A model generated the notes under the pieces. The model saw only the letters and a list, made by a program, of their open reading frames with translations, did not search any database and was not told the DNA's origin. The translations under genes and the position numbers were made by a program. 64,000 nucleotides of DNA from Candidatus Azambacteria bacterium (GTDB lineage Bacteria > Patescibacteriota > Minisyncoccia > GWC2-36-17 > WO2-46-25), in NCBI GenBank assembly GCA_016234725.1, contig JACRAK010000007.1, positions 2,121 to 66,120 on the forward strand. The letters run 5' to 3'. Below, in pieces: positions 28,306-38,625 of this stretch (the first letter of the stretch is position 1; each line of letters begins with the position of its first letter).

Positions 28306-29517
28306 ATGCCCTTATTCACATACGTCGCATCGAAAAAAGACGGCACGATTGTAGAAGAAGAGATCGAAACAAAAGACCAGGCGTCCGTCGTCGCCTATCT
28401 GGAAAAACACGACTACTTTCCGGTTTCTGTTAAGGAAAAAAAGGTGTATCGCTCTCTTTCTATCTCATTTTCAAGCAAAATAACCCTGCTTGAAAAAGTG
28501 ACATTCGCCCGCAATCTCGCGCTCATGATAAAGTCGGGCATCGGCATGTCGGAGGCGGTCGCCATTCTCCTTGAAGACGCCGAGCGGGCGCCTCTCCGAA
28601 AAGTTCTTTCAAAAATAAAAGCGGACCTCGAAAAAGGGCTTCAGCTTTCCGCTGCGCTTGAAACATTCCCTTCGCAATTTTCTACCGTGTTCATCAGCCT
28701 CCTGCGAGCGGGAGAGACATCGGGAAATCTTGAAATGTCACTGCTTCAAATAGCCACCCAGCTTAAAAAAGAGAACGATCTCAAAAAGAAAGTGCTGTCT
28801 GCCATGGCGTATCCCGCGATCCTTCTTTCACTTGCGTTCGGCGTCGTGGCACTGCTAGTCACCGTGGTGCTTCCGCGCGTCAGCAAAATATTCACGCAGG
28901 CGCATGTACAACTGCCGCTCCTCACCCGCATCTTGCTTGGCATTTCCGATTTTGTCGCGAGCCAATTTTTCGCAACGCTCGCGATCATTGCGGGCATCGT
29001 CGCGATCATCGCGCTTGCCCGCAGGTCATCTGCCGGCAAGCGCGCCTTGCAGGTCCTTTTCATCAAAACACCGCTTATCGCGCCGCTCATGAAAAAGATC
29101 GCGCTGGTCCGTTTCACCGGCACCCTCCATTCGCTTATGAAAGCAGGCGTGCCGCTCACCAAAGCGCTTGAAATCACCGCGCAGGCGATCGGCAACGCAT
29201 CATACCGGCAGGTACTTTTAGATATCGCAAAAAACGAGATATCTAAAGGCATTTCATTCGGCATGGCGCTCAAACAGCGACCGGAATATTTCCCGCGGCT
29301 CACGTCAAGCATGATCGTCATAGGGGAAAAATCGGGAAACCTTGAAAACGTACTTGAAAACTTGAGCTCCTTTTACGAGGAAGAGGTGGACGGCACGATC
29401 AAGTCGCTTATCACTATTTTAGAGCCGGCATTGTTGCTCTGCATCGGCCTCATCATCGGCGCGATCGCGCTCTCTATCGTCATGCCGATCTATCAGATGA
29501 TCAATGTGGTGCGGTAG
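28306..29517 (+). CDS. pilC: Type IV pilus platform protein (PilC/GspF)
   Basis: AGETSGNLE, AMAYPAIL, IGEKSGNLE, LEPALL. Confidence 0.95.
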   Translation: MPLFTYVASKKDGTIVEEEIETKDQASVVAYLEKHDYFPVSVKEKKVYRSLSISFSSKITLLEKVTFARNLALMIKSGIGMSEAVAILLEDAERAPLRKVLSKIKADLEKGLQLSAALETFPSQFSTVFISLLRAGETSGNLEMSLLQIATQLKKENDLKKKVLSAMAYPAILLSLAFGVVALLVTVVLPRVSKIFTQAHVQLPLLTRILLGISDFVASQFFATLAIIAGIVAIIALARRSSAGKRALQVLFIKTPLIAPLMKKIALVRFTGTLHSLMKAGVPLTKALEITAQAIGNASYRQVLLDIAKNEISKGISFGMALKQRPEYFPRLTSSMIVIGEKSGNLENVLENLSSFYEEEVDGTIKSLITILEPALLLCIGLIIGAIALSIVMPIYQMINVVR

Positions 29518-29616
29518 GGTTATAACAGCGAGTAGAATGTAGCGAGTAGGGAGTAGAAGAAATGCAAAAGAGAAGCAAAAATCAGAACTTAGGGAGTAGG
29601 GAAAAGAGCGTGAGAA

Positions 29617-30465
29617 ATGAAAACGCAAACATATAAAGATCTGATAGTGTGGCAGAAATCCAAAAAACTTGTTTTGGAGATCTATGCTCTTGCCGAGCAA
29701 TTTCCTCCCAGCGAAAAATTCGGGATCACCTCCCAGCTTACGCGCGCGGCGATCTCCATCCCGTTAAACATCGCTGAAGGGTATAGACGAAGGGGGGATA
29801 AGGAAAGAGCGCAGTTTTTTTCTATTGCTTTTGGTTCGGCCGCAGAAGTCGAAGCATTGATCGATATCTGTAAAGATTTGCACCTTTTCAAAAATTGTAA
29901 TTTCACCGCCAGCGAGAATCTTTTAGACGAAGTATTGCGCATGCTAAATGTTTTCATAAAAAATTCTTCCCTACATTCTACTCGCTACTCGCCGCCTTCT
30001 CCACAAAAGGGTTTCACTATTCTCGAACTTATCGTTGTACTCGGTATTTTCGCCGTCATTGCCGGCGTTGCGGCGGTACAACTTGCCAACTTCCAGCGCG
30101 GCACCGTGCTTGAAAGCACATCAAAAGACGTCGTGAGCGCGTTGCGCTTGGCGCACGACAAAGCAATGCTCGGAGAGGACGGTGACAGCAACGGACAAGG
30201 TGATGCGTGGGGCATCCGTTTTGCCAACAGCACAACAGATACGTATGCTTCTTTTTATGGTGCAGCGTACAATGTAAACAATGTGAAAGAAACGGTTTAT
30301 CTTTCTCCGCCGCTCGCATTCAGCGCGCCCACTGAAGGAAACAATACCGATGTGATATTCACCAAGCTTTCAGGGACAACGACTTCGGCGAACATCACCA
30401 TCGGTGACAACGGCCAGATAAAGACGGTCACCGTGGACGCGTCGGGAAGGATCAGCTCAAATTAA
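29617..30465 (+). CDS. Fusion: four-helix-bundle domain plus FimT/GspH-like minor pilin
   Basis: YKDLIVWQK...SQLTRAAISIPLNIAEG...GSAAE, then in frame KG|FTILELIVV. Confidence 0.85.
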   Translation: MKTQTYKDLIVWQKSKKLVLEIYALAEQFPPSEKFGITSQLTRAAISIPLNIAEGYRRRGDKERAQFFSIAFGSAAEVEALIDICKDLHLFKNCNFTASENLLDEVLRMLNVFIKNSSLHSTRYSPPSPQKGFTILELIVVLGIFAVIAGVAAVQLANFQRGTVLESTSKDVVSALRLAHDKAMLGEDGDSNGQGDAWGIRFANSTTDTYASFYGAAYNVNNVKETVYLSPPLAFSAPTEGNNTDVIFTKLSGTTTSANITIGDNGQIKTVTVDASGRISSN

Positions 30466-30483
30466 ACATTTGACATTTAACAT

Positions 30484-31197
30484 ATGACATTTGACGATAA
30501 AAATTCAAATGTCAGATACCGGATGTTACATATGAAAAGTCAAAAGTCAAAAGTCAAACGTTGGGAGAAAGGTTTCTCCCTTTTTGAAGTCCTCATCGCC
30601 ATTTCCGTTTTTGCCGTTATCGGCGTCGTCGCGGCACAGTTGATCGGCATTTCTCTGCAATCCGACAAAACAAGCGGGCAAAAGACCGTCGCGCTCCAGC
30701 TTACGCAAGAAACCGCTGAAGCGCTCGATTCGCTTGCTGGAGAGTCGTGGCAGAACATCTACGGCCTTTCCAAGGGATCCGCGAACCATTATTACACCGT
30801 AGTCAGCGGCAGTAAGTGGGCGACTTCCACCGGCGACGAACTGCTCACGATAAACGCCGGTTCATACAAGCGGTATTTCTATATAGAAAATGTGTCCCGT
30901 AGCAGCGGAGGCGCCATCGTCGTTTCCGGAGGCAACAACGACCCCTCTACCCAAAAAGCTACGGTGGTCGCCTCATGGCAAAACGACGGGGGCGTGGATA
31001 TCGGCTTCGCCACAACGACAAAATATCTCATGCGCGCGCGCAACACCGCCGCCACGCAAACTTCATGGGCATATTCCGGACAAGGATCGAATCCTTCTTC
31101 CGGCGAAACAGCGGACTTCAACAGCGACTACGCATCGGATGCCGGCAACATCAGCACCTCCACCCCCTCGGGAAGCTTGACCCTTACACAACAATAA
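30484..31197 (+). CDS. Minor pilin (PilV-like); alternative start 30532
   Basis: KG|FSLFEVLIA; leader encoded by heptamer repeats. Confidence 0.85.
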   Translation: MTFDDKNSNVRYRMLHMKSQKSKVKRWEKGFSLFEVLIAISVFAVIGVVAAQLIGISLQSDKTSGQKTVALQLTQETAEALDSLAGESWQNIYGLSKGSANHYYTVVSGSKWATSTGDELLTINAGSYKRYFYIENVSRSSGGAIVVSGGNNDPSTQKATVVASWQNDGGVDIGFATTTKYLMRARNTAATQTSWAYSGQGSNPSSGETADFNSDYASDAGNISTSTPSGSLTLTQQ

Positions 31198-31279
31198 CTT
31201 TATTCACAGCCCTCTTTTGGGTGTTTTGAGGAACTCTGTTATATAATCAAAAGCACCGTTATCAGTAATATAAAAAATT

Positions 31280-31570
31280 ATGGGGGAGATAGTTATCATG
31301 ATCGTTGATATTGCCTTGGTCGCGTGCGGAATCTTAGCCGCATATTACGCAAAACAGGTCGGCGGCAGTATAGGACACAAAAGCATCCAGCTTATGGCTT
31401 CCGGTTTTTTGCTTCTGGGGGTCGCTCATATTCTTGAAACCGCGCTCCTTACTTCCTTCCCTCAGCTCGATCTGGAAACAGTGGAAATAAGCCATCGCGT
31501 TTTGGTGCTTGTTGCGACGCTATTGATCTTGATCGGCTATGCGCGCTTGGCGCGGTTTGTCAGATCGTGA
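31280..31570 (+). CDS. Small three-TM membrane protein
   Basis: Hydrophobic 96-aa ORF overlapping the next gene; TATAAT upstream. Confidence 0.65.
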   Translation: MGEIVIMIVDIALVACGILAAYYAKQVGGSIGHKSIQLMASGFLLLGVAHILETALLTSFPQLDLETVEISHRVLVLVATLLILIGYARLARFVRS

Positions 31571-31608
31571 GCTTATTACGTGTGGGGATAAACCCCCTTT
31601 CACACTCT

Positions 31609-32019
31609 ATGAAAAAAGTCCTCATTATAGAAGATGATGCCATCATCGGAAAGATCATTCAGCTAAAGATCGAGTATGCCGCCGCGCAAAACAGCATTGC
31701 AGTAGAGGTCTCGAGAGTGTTTGACGGAGAAGAAGGTTTGCGCGCGGTCGCGGAGAAAAACCCCGACCTCATCGTGCTTGACCTCATGATGCCGAAAAAA
31801 TCAGGGTTTGAAGTGCTTGAGAGCATGAAGAATGCGGGAACGAAAGAGGGGGGCGCTCCTCACATCATGGTTTTGACCAATCTTTCGGGAGAAGGGCATA
31901 AAGATAAAGTGACGGAACTTGGCGCTTCCGCCTATTTCATCAAATCGGGCACGACCATTCAGCAAATAGCCGATTACGTCGTCACACAACTTGGCGCGAC
32001 GCCTGCACCCATTCAGTAG
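31609..32019 (+). CDS. Single-domain response regulator
   Basis: VLIIEDD, PDLIVLDLMMP, VLTN. Confidence 0.9.
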   Translation: MKKVLIIEDDAIIGKIIQLKIEYAAAQNSIAVEVSRVFDGEEGLRAVAEKNPDLIVLDLMMPKKSGFEVLESMKNAGTKEGGAPHIMVLTNLSGEGHKDKVTELGASAYFIKSGTTIQQIADYVVTQLGATPAPIQ

Positions 32020-32038
32020 CTTTTATTCTGAATCAAAC

Positions 32039-32064
32039 AAAACCCCCGCATTCGCGGGGGTTTT
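32039..32064. terminator. Bidirectional intrinsic terminator
   Basis: AAAACCCCCGC-ATTC-GCGGGGGTTTT between convergent genes. Confidence 0.85.
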
Positions 32065-32100
32065 GTGTCTTACGCCAACGCGTCGAGAAAGAGATCGTTG

Positions 32101-32775
32101 TTATAAGAGCGCCGCGGTTGGCGACAATACTTTTAAATTGTTCCCCACTTCATATCGGTCGTTTGCCATCGTGCCGCTCGGGCTTGTATTGCTGTTACCG
32201 CCATCAAGCGCGCCTTTATCCTCACACCCGGACACCGTACACCCCGGTTTATACTTCGCGCTTTCGAGTGCGGCATCGATCTCATACTGATATTTTGAGC
32301 CATTATAGTTGCACCCCCAGCGGTAATACAGGCCTGACGTGAGCGTATTGGTCGGGTCCATCGGCAAACTGGCAAGCGCGCTCCCCGAGGAAAGGCCGGT
32401 AAAGTTTGCCCGCACCCATCCGGTGCCATCAGCAAGCTGGCGAGTAGAGGTCGCAGTAACCACATAGGCGGTAGTCCGCGCCACATCCGGAAATGACACA
32501 TAGGTGTTTGCGTCCGGGTTAGTCGTCGTCTCCGGCGGGTTCGTTGAATAACATATGCCTGTTGCAGGAAGTGCGTTGCTCAACACCAGCTGTGTGGCGC
32601 CTTTGAGCGCGGCGAGGTCGGAAATACGCTGGGAATCCCGAGACTGCGCGAGAATTTCGGCCGGGTCGATAAGCACGACGACCACGACACCGAGAATGAC
32701 AAGGATCGTGATCACGATGAGAAGTTCAACCAATGTGAACCCTTTTTGCATTTTGCGTTTGGTATGATGCATCAC
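32101..32775 (-). CDS. Second type IV pilin, paralog of 24714-25415
   Basis: KG|FTLVELLIV, RDSQRISDL, LPMDPTN, DGGNS, RYEVG. Confidence 0.9.
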   Translation of the reverse strand: MMHHTKRKMQKGFTLVELLIVITILVILGVVVVVLIDPAEILAQSRDSQRISDLAALKGATQLVLSNALPATGICYSTNPPETTTNPDANTYVSFPDVARTTAYVVTATSTRQLADGTGWVRANFTGLSSGSALASLPMDPTNTLTSGLYYRWGCNYNGSKYQYEIDAALESAKYKPGCTVSGCEDKGALDGGNSNTSPSGTMANDRYEVGNNLKVLSPTAALL

Positions 32776-32884
32776 AAAAATTATAATTAATGATTATGTA
32801 AATAACAGCATTAGTATACCAGATACACCCATACAAGCAACTATAATTGTCCACCAAGGCAGGAGCATGTATAATGAAGAACAT

Positions 32885-33508
32885 ATGCTGACCTCAAAGT
32901 CGCTTTTTCATTCTAATCTCGCGATCCTTTTCCCCGAGCAAGGGTTTGCGGCGCCCGACAACGGCGCATTCGCGGCGCTGTGCGGCGGCAAAGGCGCGGA
33001 AGGCGCCCGGTTTTTCGACGATCCGTTCGCGCGTACCAAAATGCTCACGCTTCCAGCGCTCGGACTAAAAGCGGTGCTGGAAGGAAGACGGCTCCGCGTA
33101 GAAGACGAATCGGCAAGCGAGCCGGATAAGAGCCGACTTACCGTGGAAGCGTCGCGCATCGCGCACGCGCTTTTCCCAAATACCGCACTCGAAGGGTTCG
33201 GGCTTAATATCGATGCGACCTGCCGCTTCAACAATGTCATCCGCATCCAGAATATGTTCGAGCATTTTTTTGGCGCAGAACCGCTTGGGCGAGCCGACCT
33301 GCGCGACTTCGGCTTTCAATTCACCATCGACCGCGGCGCAGGCAACACCGATATTTACTTCATCAAGATCACCGCGCCGCTTGAGATAGCGCTGCATGTA
33401 AACCGCCATTTCGCGGAGCGCACACTACCCGCGCCAGACCGTTTGCAACAGCTTTTTGAGGACTGTTATAATGAAATAGATACCATCATCGCTCATTTGA
33501 AAGCGTAA
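32885..33508 (+). CDS. Hypothetical protein
   Basis: Long ORF with TATAAT just upstream. Confidence 0.65.
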   Translation: MLTSKSLFHSNLAILFPEQGFAAPDNGAFAALCGGKGAEGARFFDDPFARTKMLTLPALGLKAVLEGRRLRVEDESASEPDKSRLTVEASRIAHALFPNTALEGFGLNIDATCRFNNVIRIQNMFEHFFGAEPLGRADLRDFGFQFTIDRGAGNTDIYFIKITAPLEIALHVNRHFAERTLPAPDRLQQLFEDCYNEIDTIIAHLKA

Positions 33509-33514
33509 TTGCGT

Positions 33515-36058
33515 ATGTCATTTTCTTCCAACGGCGTACAACTGAATGTGTGGAAAAAAAAGAGCTGGCTCTTTTCGTTCGCGGTGCGCGCGGCGGAGCT
33601 CGTGCTTTCCGTCATGTTCATCATCGCGCTCGGAGGCGTTGCGCTTATGCCTCACGACAGCAAGGCGGCGCTCGGTGTTTCCAATATTCTTTCGTATCAG
33701 GGGCGACTCACCGACGCAAGCGGCAATCCGCTCGGCGGCTCGGGCACAAATTACTGCGCCGCCTTTTCCATCTGGGACGCTTCAAGCGGTGGCACAAAAT
33801 TATGGCCGACCGCAACGTCAAGCACCACTATTTTGGTAACAAATGGCGTCTTTAACACGGGCATCGGTTTAGCGGACGATTTGAGCACATACAATTTTTA
33901 TGACAACAACACTACCTATCTGGAGGTTGATGTTGCCTCACAAGTTGGTGGAACGTGCACGGGGGTCAGCTGGGAAGCTCTCGCCCCGCGCCCCCGCATG
34001 GATGCCGCGGCGTATGCGCGTGTCGCGCGCGATGTCTACGGCGACCTTTTGCGCACCGACAATGCGAACGGCAGAGTGCAGGTCGGCACGGCGGGAACAA
34101 ATCCAACCCTACTTCTTCTTGGCACAAAAAATCTTGCCGACAGCACGCTTTCCTATGTCGGTCAGACCTGCACAACGAACGGTACGATGTGGTATAACTC
34201 CGCGACCACTCACTCGCTCCTGTGCGAGAATGGCTTCGTAAAAGCGCTCGCAAACGCCACCACCACTATTGACGCGCTCTTGCCCGCGGGAAACCTTGAT
34301 GTGGCGGCAACGGCGATAACAAACGGCACCATTACGCTTGCAGGGGGCAACAATATCACCTTAAGCCAGAACGGAAACGCGCTAACGATCCGCGCGGGAG
34401 CGGGTATTCCCGGCATTGCGGGTTCCGGCGCATCCACTGTTACCAACGGCACCCTGCAATTTGCCAATGCCAACAACATCAGCTTCGGCTTGAACGGTTC
34501 AACGATGACGGCTTCCTTCAGCCAATCGGCACAAACGCAAAACCTCCACAACATGACGCTTTCGGGGAACACCGCCGGCGTGATGGCGCAGGTATCAAGC
34601 GGCACCATGACGCTCGCGGGTGGGAATAATATCACTTTAAGCCAAAACGGGAATGCAATCACGATATCAGGTGGCGCAGGCGGGGGAGGAGCGGGAATAT
34701 CCGCGGGAACGCAGAGCGTCGCTACAGGCACCGTTATCTTTTCAAATGCCAATAATGTGAGCTTCGGCATGGCGGGAAGCCAGACCATTACAGCAAGCAT
34801 CCCGAGCATTCACAATGTCACTATGGGCGGAAACTCCACCAGCGCGGGCGCGGGATACATTCAGATTTCCTCCGGAACGATGTTGCTCGCGGGGGGTAAT
34901 AACATCACGCTGTCGCAAAATGGGGCATCAATAACGATCTCGGCATTTAATCAGACGGTGCAAACACAAAACCTCCACAACATGACGCTCGCAGGCAACA
35001 CCGCCGGCGTAATGGCGCAGATTTCTTCAGGCACGCTCACGCTCGCAGGAGGCAACAATATCACCTTAAGCCAGAACGGGAATGCAATCACGATATCAGG
35101 CGGCGCAGGCGGGGGAGGAGCGGCAATTTCTGCGGCAGGCAATTCAGTAAGTAACGGCACGGTAATATTTTCCAATGCAAACGGCGTGTCGTTCGGCATG
35201 GCCGGCTCCACGATCACCGCGACCGTCACTCCGGGAGCCGCCGCGGGCATCGCTGCTCTTGGCGCAAATACGCAAACAGCGACCAGCGGCACGATACTAT
35301 TTTCAAACGCAAATGGCGTGAGCTTCGGACTCAACAATCAAACGATCACGGCAAGCGTTGGCGGCGGCGCGGCACCCGTGCTCAACTATTATGACAACAT
35401 GCCATCGGGCGCCACCAACTCCGGCGGTGCGGGCTCTCTTGCTTTCACCGGCTCGCACCGCTCGCTCTTCGTTATGCCGTTTAACGGCTTTTATCATCCG
35501 TTCCCGGGCGACATCACCGCAAACACGGCGCATCTTAACCTCTCCATATCCGGCTCAACCGCCACAATGAGCGCCGTGTTTACCAGCAATTTTTATCTCG
35601 GTATTTATACCCTCAACACAGCTCAAAGTTCGTTAAGCTTGCTCAACTCCGCAAATATTTCTTTCGCGCAAAACCCCGCCGCCACCAACAACTCCACTGC
35701 GTTCGTCGGCCAGCGCTTTCTTTCTATCCACTCCTCGGTATGGTCCTCCCAGCCGGTATTTAAATACGGCAGTCAGTATTGGCTCGGGTATTTCTGGTCA
35801 TCCGCGGGGGCGTTAAACCAAACCGGCGGCCTCCTCGGCTTCTATCGTTATTCCACGGCACAACGATGGGGAACGATCACGCCGGCGGCAAGCAACACCG
35901 CGACCTCCATGGGCTGGGCGCCGTTTTACGGCATTTATACTGCGACAACCGCCGCACTTCCTACTGCTATAAACCGCACAGAACTAAACAAAGTAAACGC
36001 AAATGCCGGCTTTACCCCGCATGTCATTTTCAACGCCTCCGCGCAATCGGCGTTCTAA
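33515..36058 (+). CDS. Membrane-anchored or secreted fibre-like repeat protein
   Basis: N-terminal TM, LSYQGRLTDASGNPL domain, repeats GTMTLAGGNNITLSQNG and GTVIFSNANxVSFG. Confidence 0.8.
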   Translation: MSFSSNGVQLNVWKKKSWLFSFAVRAAELVLSVMFIIALGGVALMPHDSKAALGVSNILSYQGRLTDASGNPLGGSGTNYCAAFSIWDASSGGTKLWPTATSSTTILVTNGVFNTGIGLADDLSTYNFYDNNTTYLEVDVASQVGGTCTGVSWEALAPRPRMDAAAYARVARDVYGDLLRTDNANGRVQVGTAGTNPTLLLLGTKNLADSTLSYVGQTCTTNGTMWYNSATTHSLLCENGFVKALANATTTIDALLPAGNLDVAATAITNGTITLAGGNNITLSQNGNALTIRAGAGIPGIAGSGASTVTNGTLQFANANNISFGLNGSTMTASFSQSAQTQNLHNMTLSGNTAGVMAQVSSGTMTLAGGNNITLSQNGNAITISGGAGGGGAGISAGTQSVATGTVIFSNANNVSFGMAGSQTITASIPSIHNVTMGGNSTSAGAGYIQISSGTMLLAGGNNITLSQNGASITISAFNQTVQTQNLHNMTLAGNTAGVMAQISSGTLTLAGGNNITLSQNGNAITISGGAGGGGAAISAAGNSVSNGTVIFSNANGVSFGMAGSTITATVTPGAAAGIAALGANTQTATSGTILFSNANGVSFGLNNQTITASVGGGAAPVLNYYDNMPSGATNSGGAGSLAFTGSHRSLFVMPFNGFYHPFPGDITANTAHLNLSISGSTATMSAVFTSNFYLGIYTLNTAQSSLSLLNSANISFAQNPAATNNSTAFVGQRFLSIHSSVWSSQPVFKYGSQYWLGYFWSSAGALNQTGGLLGFYRYSTAQRWGTITPAASNTATSMGWAPFYGIYTATTAALPTAINRTELNKVNANAGFTPHVIFNASAQSAF

Positions 36059-36070
36059 ACACTCCCGCAT

Positions 36071-36577
36071 ATGTCAAAAAAAACAATACTGATCATCGCT
36101 TCTTTATGCCTCCTTGCCGTTGCGGCAGGTTCGCTATATTATTTTTTCTTGTATCGCCCGAACTGGGAGGTGCAAAAGATCGTGCGGGAAGGAGAATTAG
36201 CGGGGCAAACGGTACAGACCGTCACCGCCGAGCGCAGTTACCGCGACTTCACCTTTTCACCGACAATGAACGGGCTCACCGCGCACATTGCCGACCTGCC
36301 GGCAAACGCCAACATCCTGTCGCTCCATATTCAGATGGAGGATGTTTTTTTCGGTGAGCATGACGCCGTTCCTAATATGCAGATACTGATCCAAAACGAC
36401 GACGGCACAGCATGCACCATAGACATCAACACATTTACGGATGAAATACAGCAACTTACATCAGGAAAAATTTGCGCCATGGACATGCAAAGCACGGTGT
36501 TTCTACGGGACGCTTCCGCTATGCCGGCACTCATTTCCGGATCAATGAAAGTGCTTTTGTCGTATATAGTTTTTTAG
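36071..36577 (+). CDS. Hypothetical protein with N-terminal TM
   Basis: 168-aa ORF in operon. Confidence 0.65.
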   Translation: MSKKTILIIASLCLLAVAAGSLYYFFLYRPNWEVQKIVREGELAGQTVQTVTAERSYRDFTFSPTMNGLTAHIADLPANANILSLHIQMEDVFFGEHDAVPNMQILIQNDDGTACTIDINTFTDEIQQLTSGKICAMDMQSTVFLRDASAMPALISGSMKVLLSYIVF

Positions 36578-36582
36578 ATCTC

Positions 36583-37299
36583 ATGCAACCACAAATTGTC
36601 ATAGAAAATCTTGCAGGGATACACAATACGCACCCCCAAACGGCGGAGCGCCTTGCGCTCGGCAAAGCATACAAAGACCTTTCTACCATCTGCATCGTGC
36701 CGACGCGCGGGGTCGTCCCCGCGAAAGTAGTGCAATCATGGATGGGAATGATCTCGCCGATGAACCAAAAGTTCACGCGCATTTTCGCCATCGGCATGGA
36801 GGTTGGGGAAGCGTACAGTTCCACCATCGCACAAATTTTAAGCCACCCGGAGCTTTCCCAATGGAAATATATCTTGACGCTTGAAGAAGATAATATGCCG
36901 CCTCAGGACGGTCTTTTAAAGCTCTATGAGAACATCGACAAATACGCCGCGGTCGGCGCGCTATACTGGACCAAAGGCGAAGGTGGCCAGCCGATGATCT
37001 ACGGCGAAGGAAAAGACAACGATATCCATTTCCGCCCCCAGCAGCCGACGCAAGATATCCAGGAATGCGACGGGCTCGGCATGGGGTTAACGCTATTTCA
37101 ACTGGATGTATTCAAGGACCCCCGGCTCTCGTACCCGTGGTTCAAAACACTCAACGACCTCGTACCGGGGCAAGGCGTGCAGATGATGACGCAAGACCTC
37201 TATTTCTTCAAAAACATCCGAGAACTCGGCTACAAGATCGCCTGCGACACACGCGTGAAAGTCGGCCATTATGATGTAAACGCGGACATCGTGTGGTAA
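36583..37299 (+). CDS. GT-A fold glycosyltransferase-like protein
   Basis: IVPTRG, LTLEEDN, GLGMGLTL, QDLYFF...GYKIACDTRVKVGH. Confidence 0.7.
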   Translation: MQPQIVIENLAGIHNTHPQTAERLALGKAYKDLSTICIVPTRGVVPAKVVQSWMGMISPMNQKFTRIFAIGMEVGEAYSSTIAQILSHPELSQWKYILTLEEDNMPPQDGLLKLYENIDKYAAVGALYWTKGEGGQPMIYGEGKDNDIHFRPQQPTQDIQECDGLGMGLTLFQLDVFKDPRLSYPWFKTLNDLVPGQGVQMMTQDLYFFKNIRELGYKIACDTRVKVGHYDVNADIVW

Positions 37300-37311
37300 A
37301 ATAGCGCTCGT

Positions 37312-38277
37312 ATGACGATTCATGTGAATATCAAAAAATTGGTCGTGATGGCGTCCGTGCTCGCGCTGGGCGCTTTATTGGGCGTTGGCGCATCGCGCTT
37401 TTTCCTCGCGCCTCCTTCTTCTCCATCCGCCATTACCGCTCCTTCCCCGTATGATCTCATCAATCCGGCGGCAACGGCGGATATCGGCAAGCACTTCATC
37501 ATCAATTTCAGCCCGCTTAAAAAAGAATTCGTCGCTATTCAAAACAAATATACGCAAAAAACCTATGTGTATTTCGTGTATCTCAATAACGCCTCATGGA
37601 TAGGGCTTGGGGAAAAAGATGTTTTTTACGCCGCGAGCACGGTCAAAGTGCCGCTTGCAATGGCCATTTTAAAAGCGGTTGAGGACGGCAAACTACGGCT
37701 CACCGACCGATACACACTTGAAGAGCTTGACCTGAATAAGGACTTCGGCGACCTCTATAAAGCAGGCGCAAACAAAGAGTTTACTGTCGAAGAATTGCTT
37801 GCGATCATGCTCAAGGAATCCGACAATACTGCGGCGGTCGCGCTGACGAGCATCTTTGCGAAAATCGGCGTTGCCGACCCGTTTCGCGCCGTATATGGCG
37901 CCATGGGTTGGGAATTCGACAACATGGAAGGCGTAGCGGATTACCGCGATATTAATTTGAAAACGCTCGCCAACGTGTTCATCGTTTTGTACAACGCCCG
38001 CTATCTGACAGCCGAACATTCGCAATTGATCCTCAAACACCTGTCCGTCACTCCGTTTGATAATAAAATCGCTGCAAGCGCTCCTTCTGACATCACCGTT
38101 GCCCATAAAGTGGGGATAGCTGCCGGCGTAAACACATTCTCCGACTGCGGAATCATTTATGCGCCAAACCGACACTACCTGCTGTGTGCCGGCTCTCAGA
38201 ACGCGGACGAAGCGACCGCCAACACATTTATGTCCGAGATCTCCAAAGCGGCATACAGTTATGTGATCGAACACTAA
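37312..38277 (+). CDS. Serine hydrolase, class A beta-lactamase-like fold
   Basis: AASTVK (SxxK), SDN, HKVG. Confidence 0.85.
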   Translation: MTIHVNIKKLVVMASVLALGALLGVGASRFFLAPPSSPSAITAPSPYDLINPAATADIGKHFIINFSPLKKEFVAIQNKYTQKTYVYFVYLNNASWIGLGEKDVFYAASTVKVPLAMAILKAVEDGKLRLTDRYTLEELDLNKDFGDLYKAGANKEFTVEELLAIMLKESDNTAAVALTSIFAKIGVADPFRAVYGAMGWEFDNMEGVADYRDINLKTLANVFIVLYNARYLTAEHSQLILKHLSVTPFDNKIAASAPSDITVAHKVGIAAGVNTFSDCGIIYAPNRHYLLCAGSQNADEATANTFMSEISKAAYSYVIEH

Positions 38278-38406
38278 CTATCGAAGTCCGACTTCAATAA
38301 TATTTTATGAAACTTGATCTAGGGTGCGGGCAGAATAAACAGCAGAATGTTTGACAGCCGAACGGTGTTTGCTATAATACAGTCTGTAACATAAAATATT
38401 ACACTT

Positions 38407-38622
38407 ATGCGAACCGTCATCAATATCTCTTTGCCGAAAAAAATGACCGAAGAAGTAGAAAAGGCGGTAAAAAGCGGCGGGTATGCCTCCAAAAGCGAGT
38501 TTTTTCGGGATATGATCCGCAGGTGGAGAGAAGAGCAGCTCTTGGAGGAAATAATGGAAAGCGAAAAAGAATTCGCGGCAGGAAAAGGGAAGGTTCTTCA
38601 TTCCTTGAAAGATCTTCGTTAA
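38407..38622 (+). CDS. RHH antitoxin
   Basis: INISLP...YASKSEFFRDMIR; TTGACA/TATAAT promoter upstream. Confidence 0.85.
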   Translation: MRTVINISLPKKMTEEVEKAVKSGGYASKSEFFRDMIRRWREEQLLEEIMESEKEFAAGKGKVLHSLKDLR

Positions 38623-38625
38623 GAC

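Noticed and set aside
24714-32775. Diversity-generating retroelement (Avd-like genes next to pilins)
   Set aside because: No reverse transcriptase, and no TR/VR pair differing only at adenines was seen; the pilin paralogs differ at all bases
37312-38277. Bona fide antibiotic-resistance beta-lactamase
   Set aside because: Only fold motifs are visible; the deacylation Glu cannot be placed, so activity is unsupported
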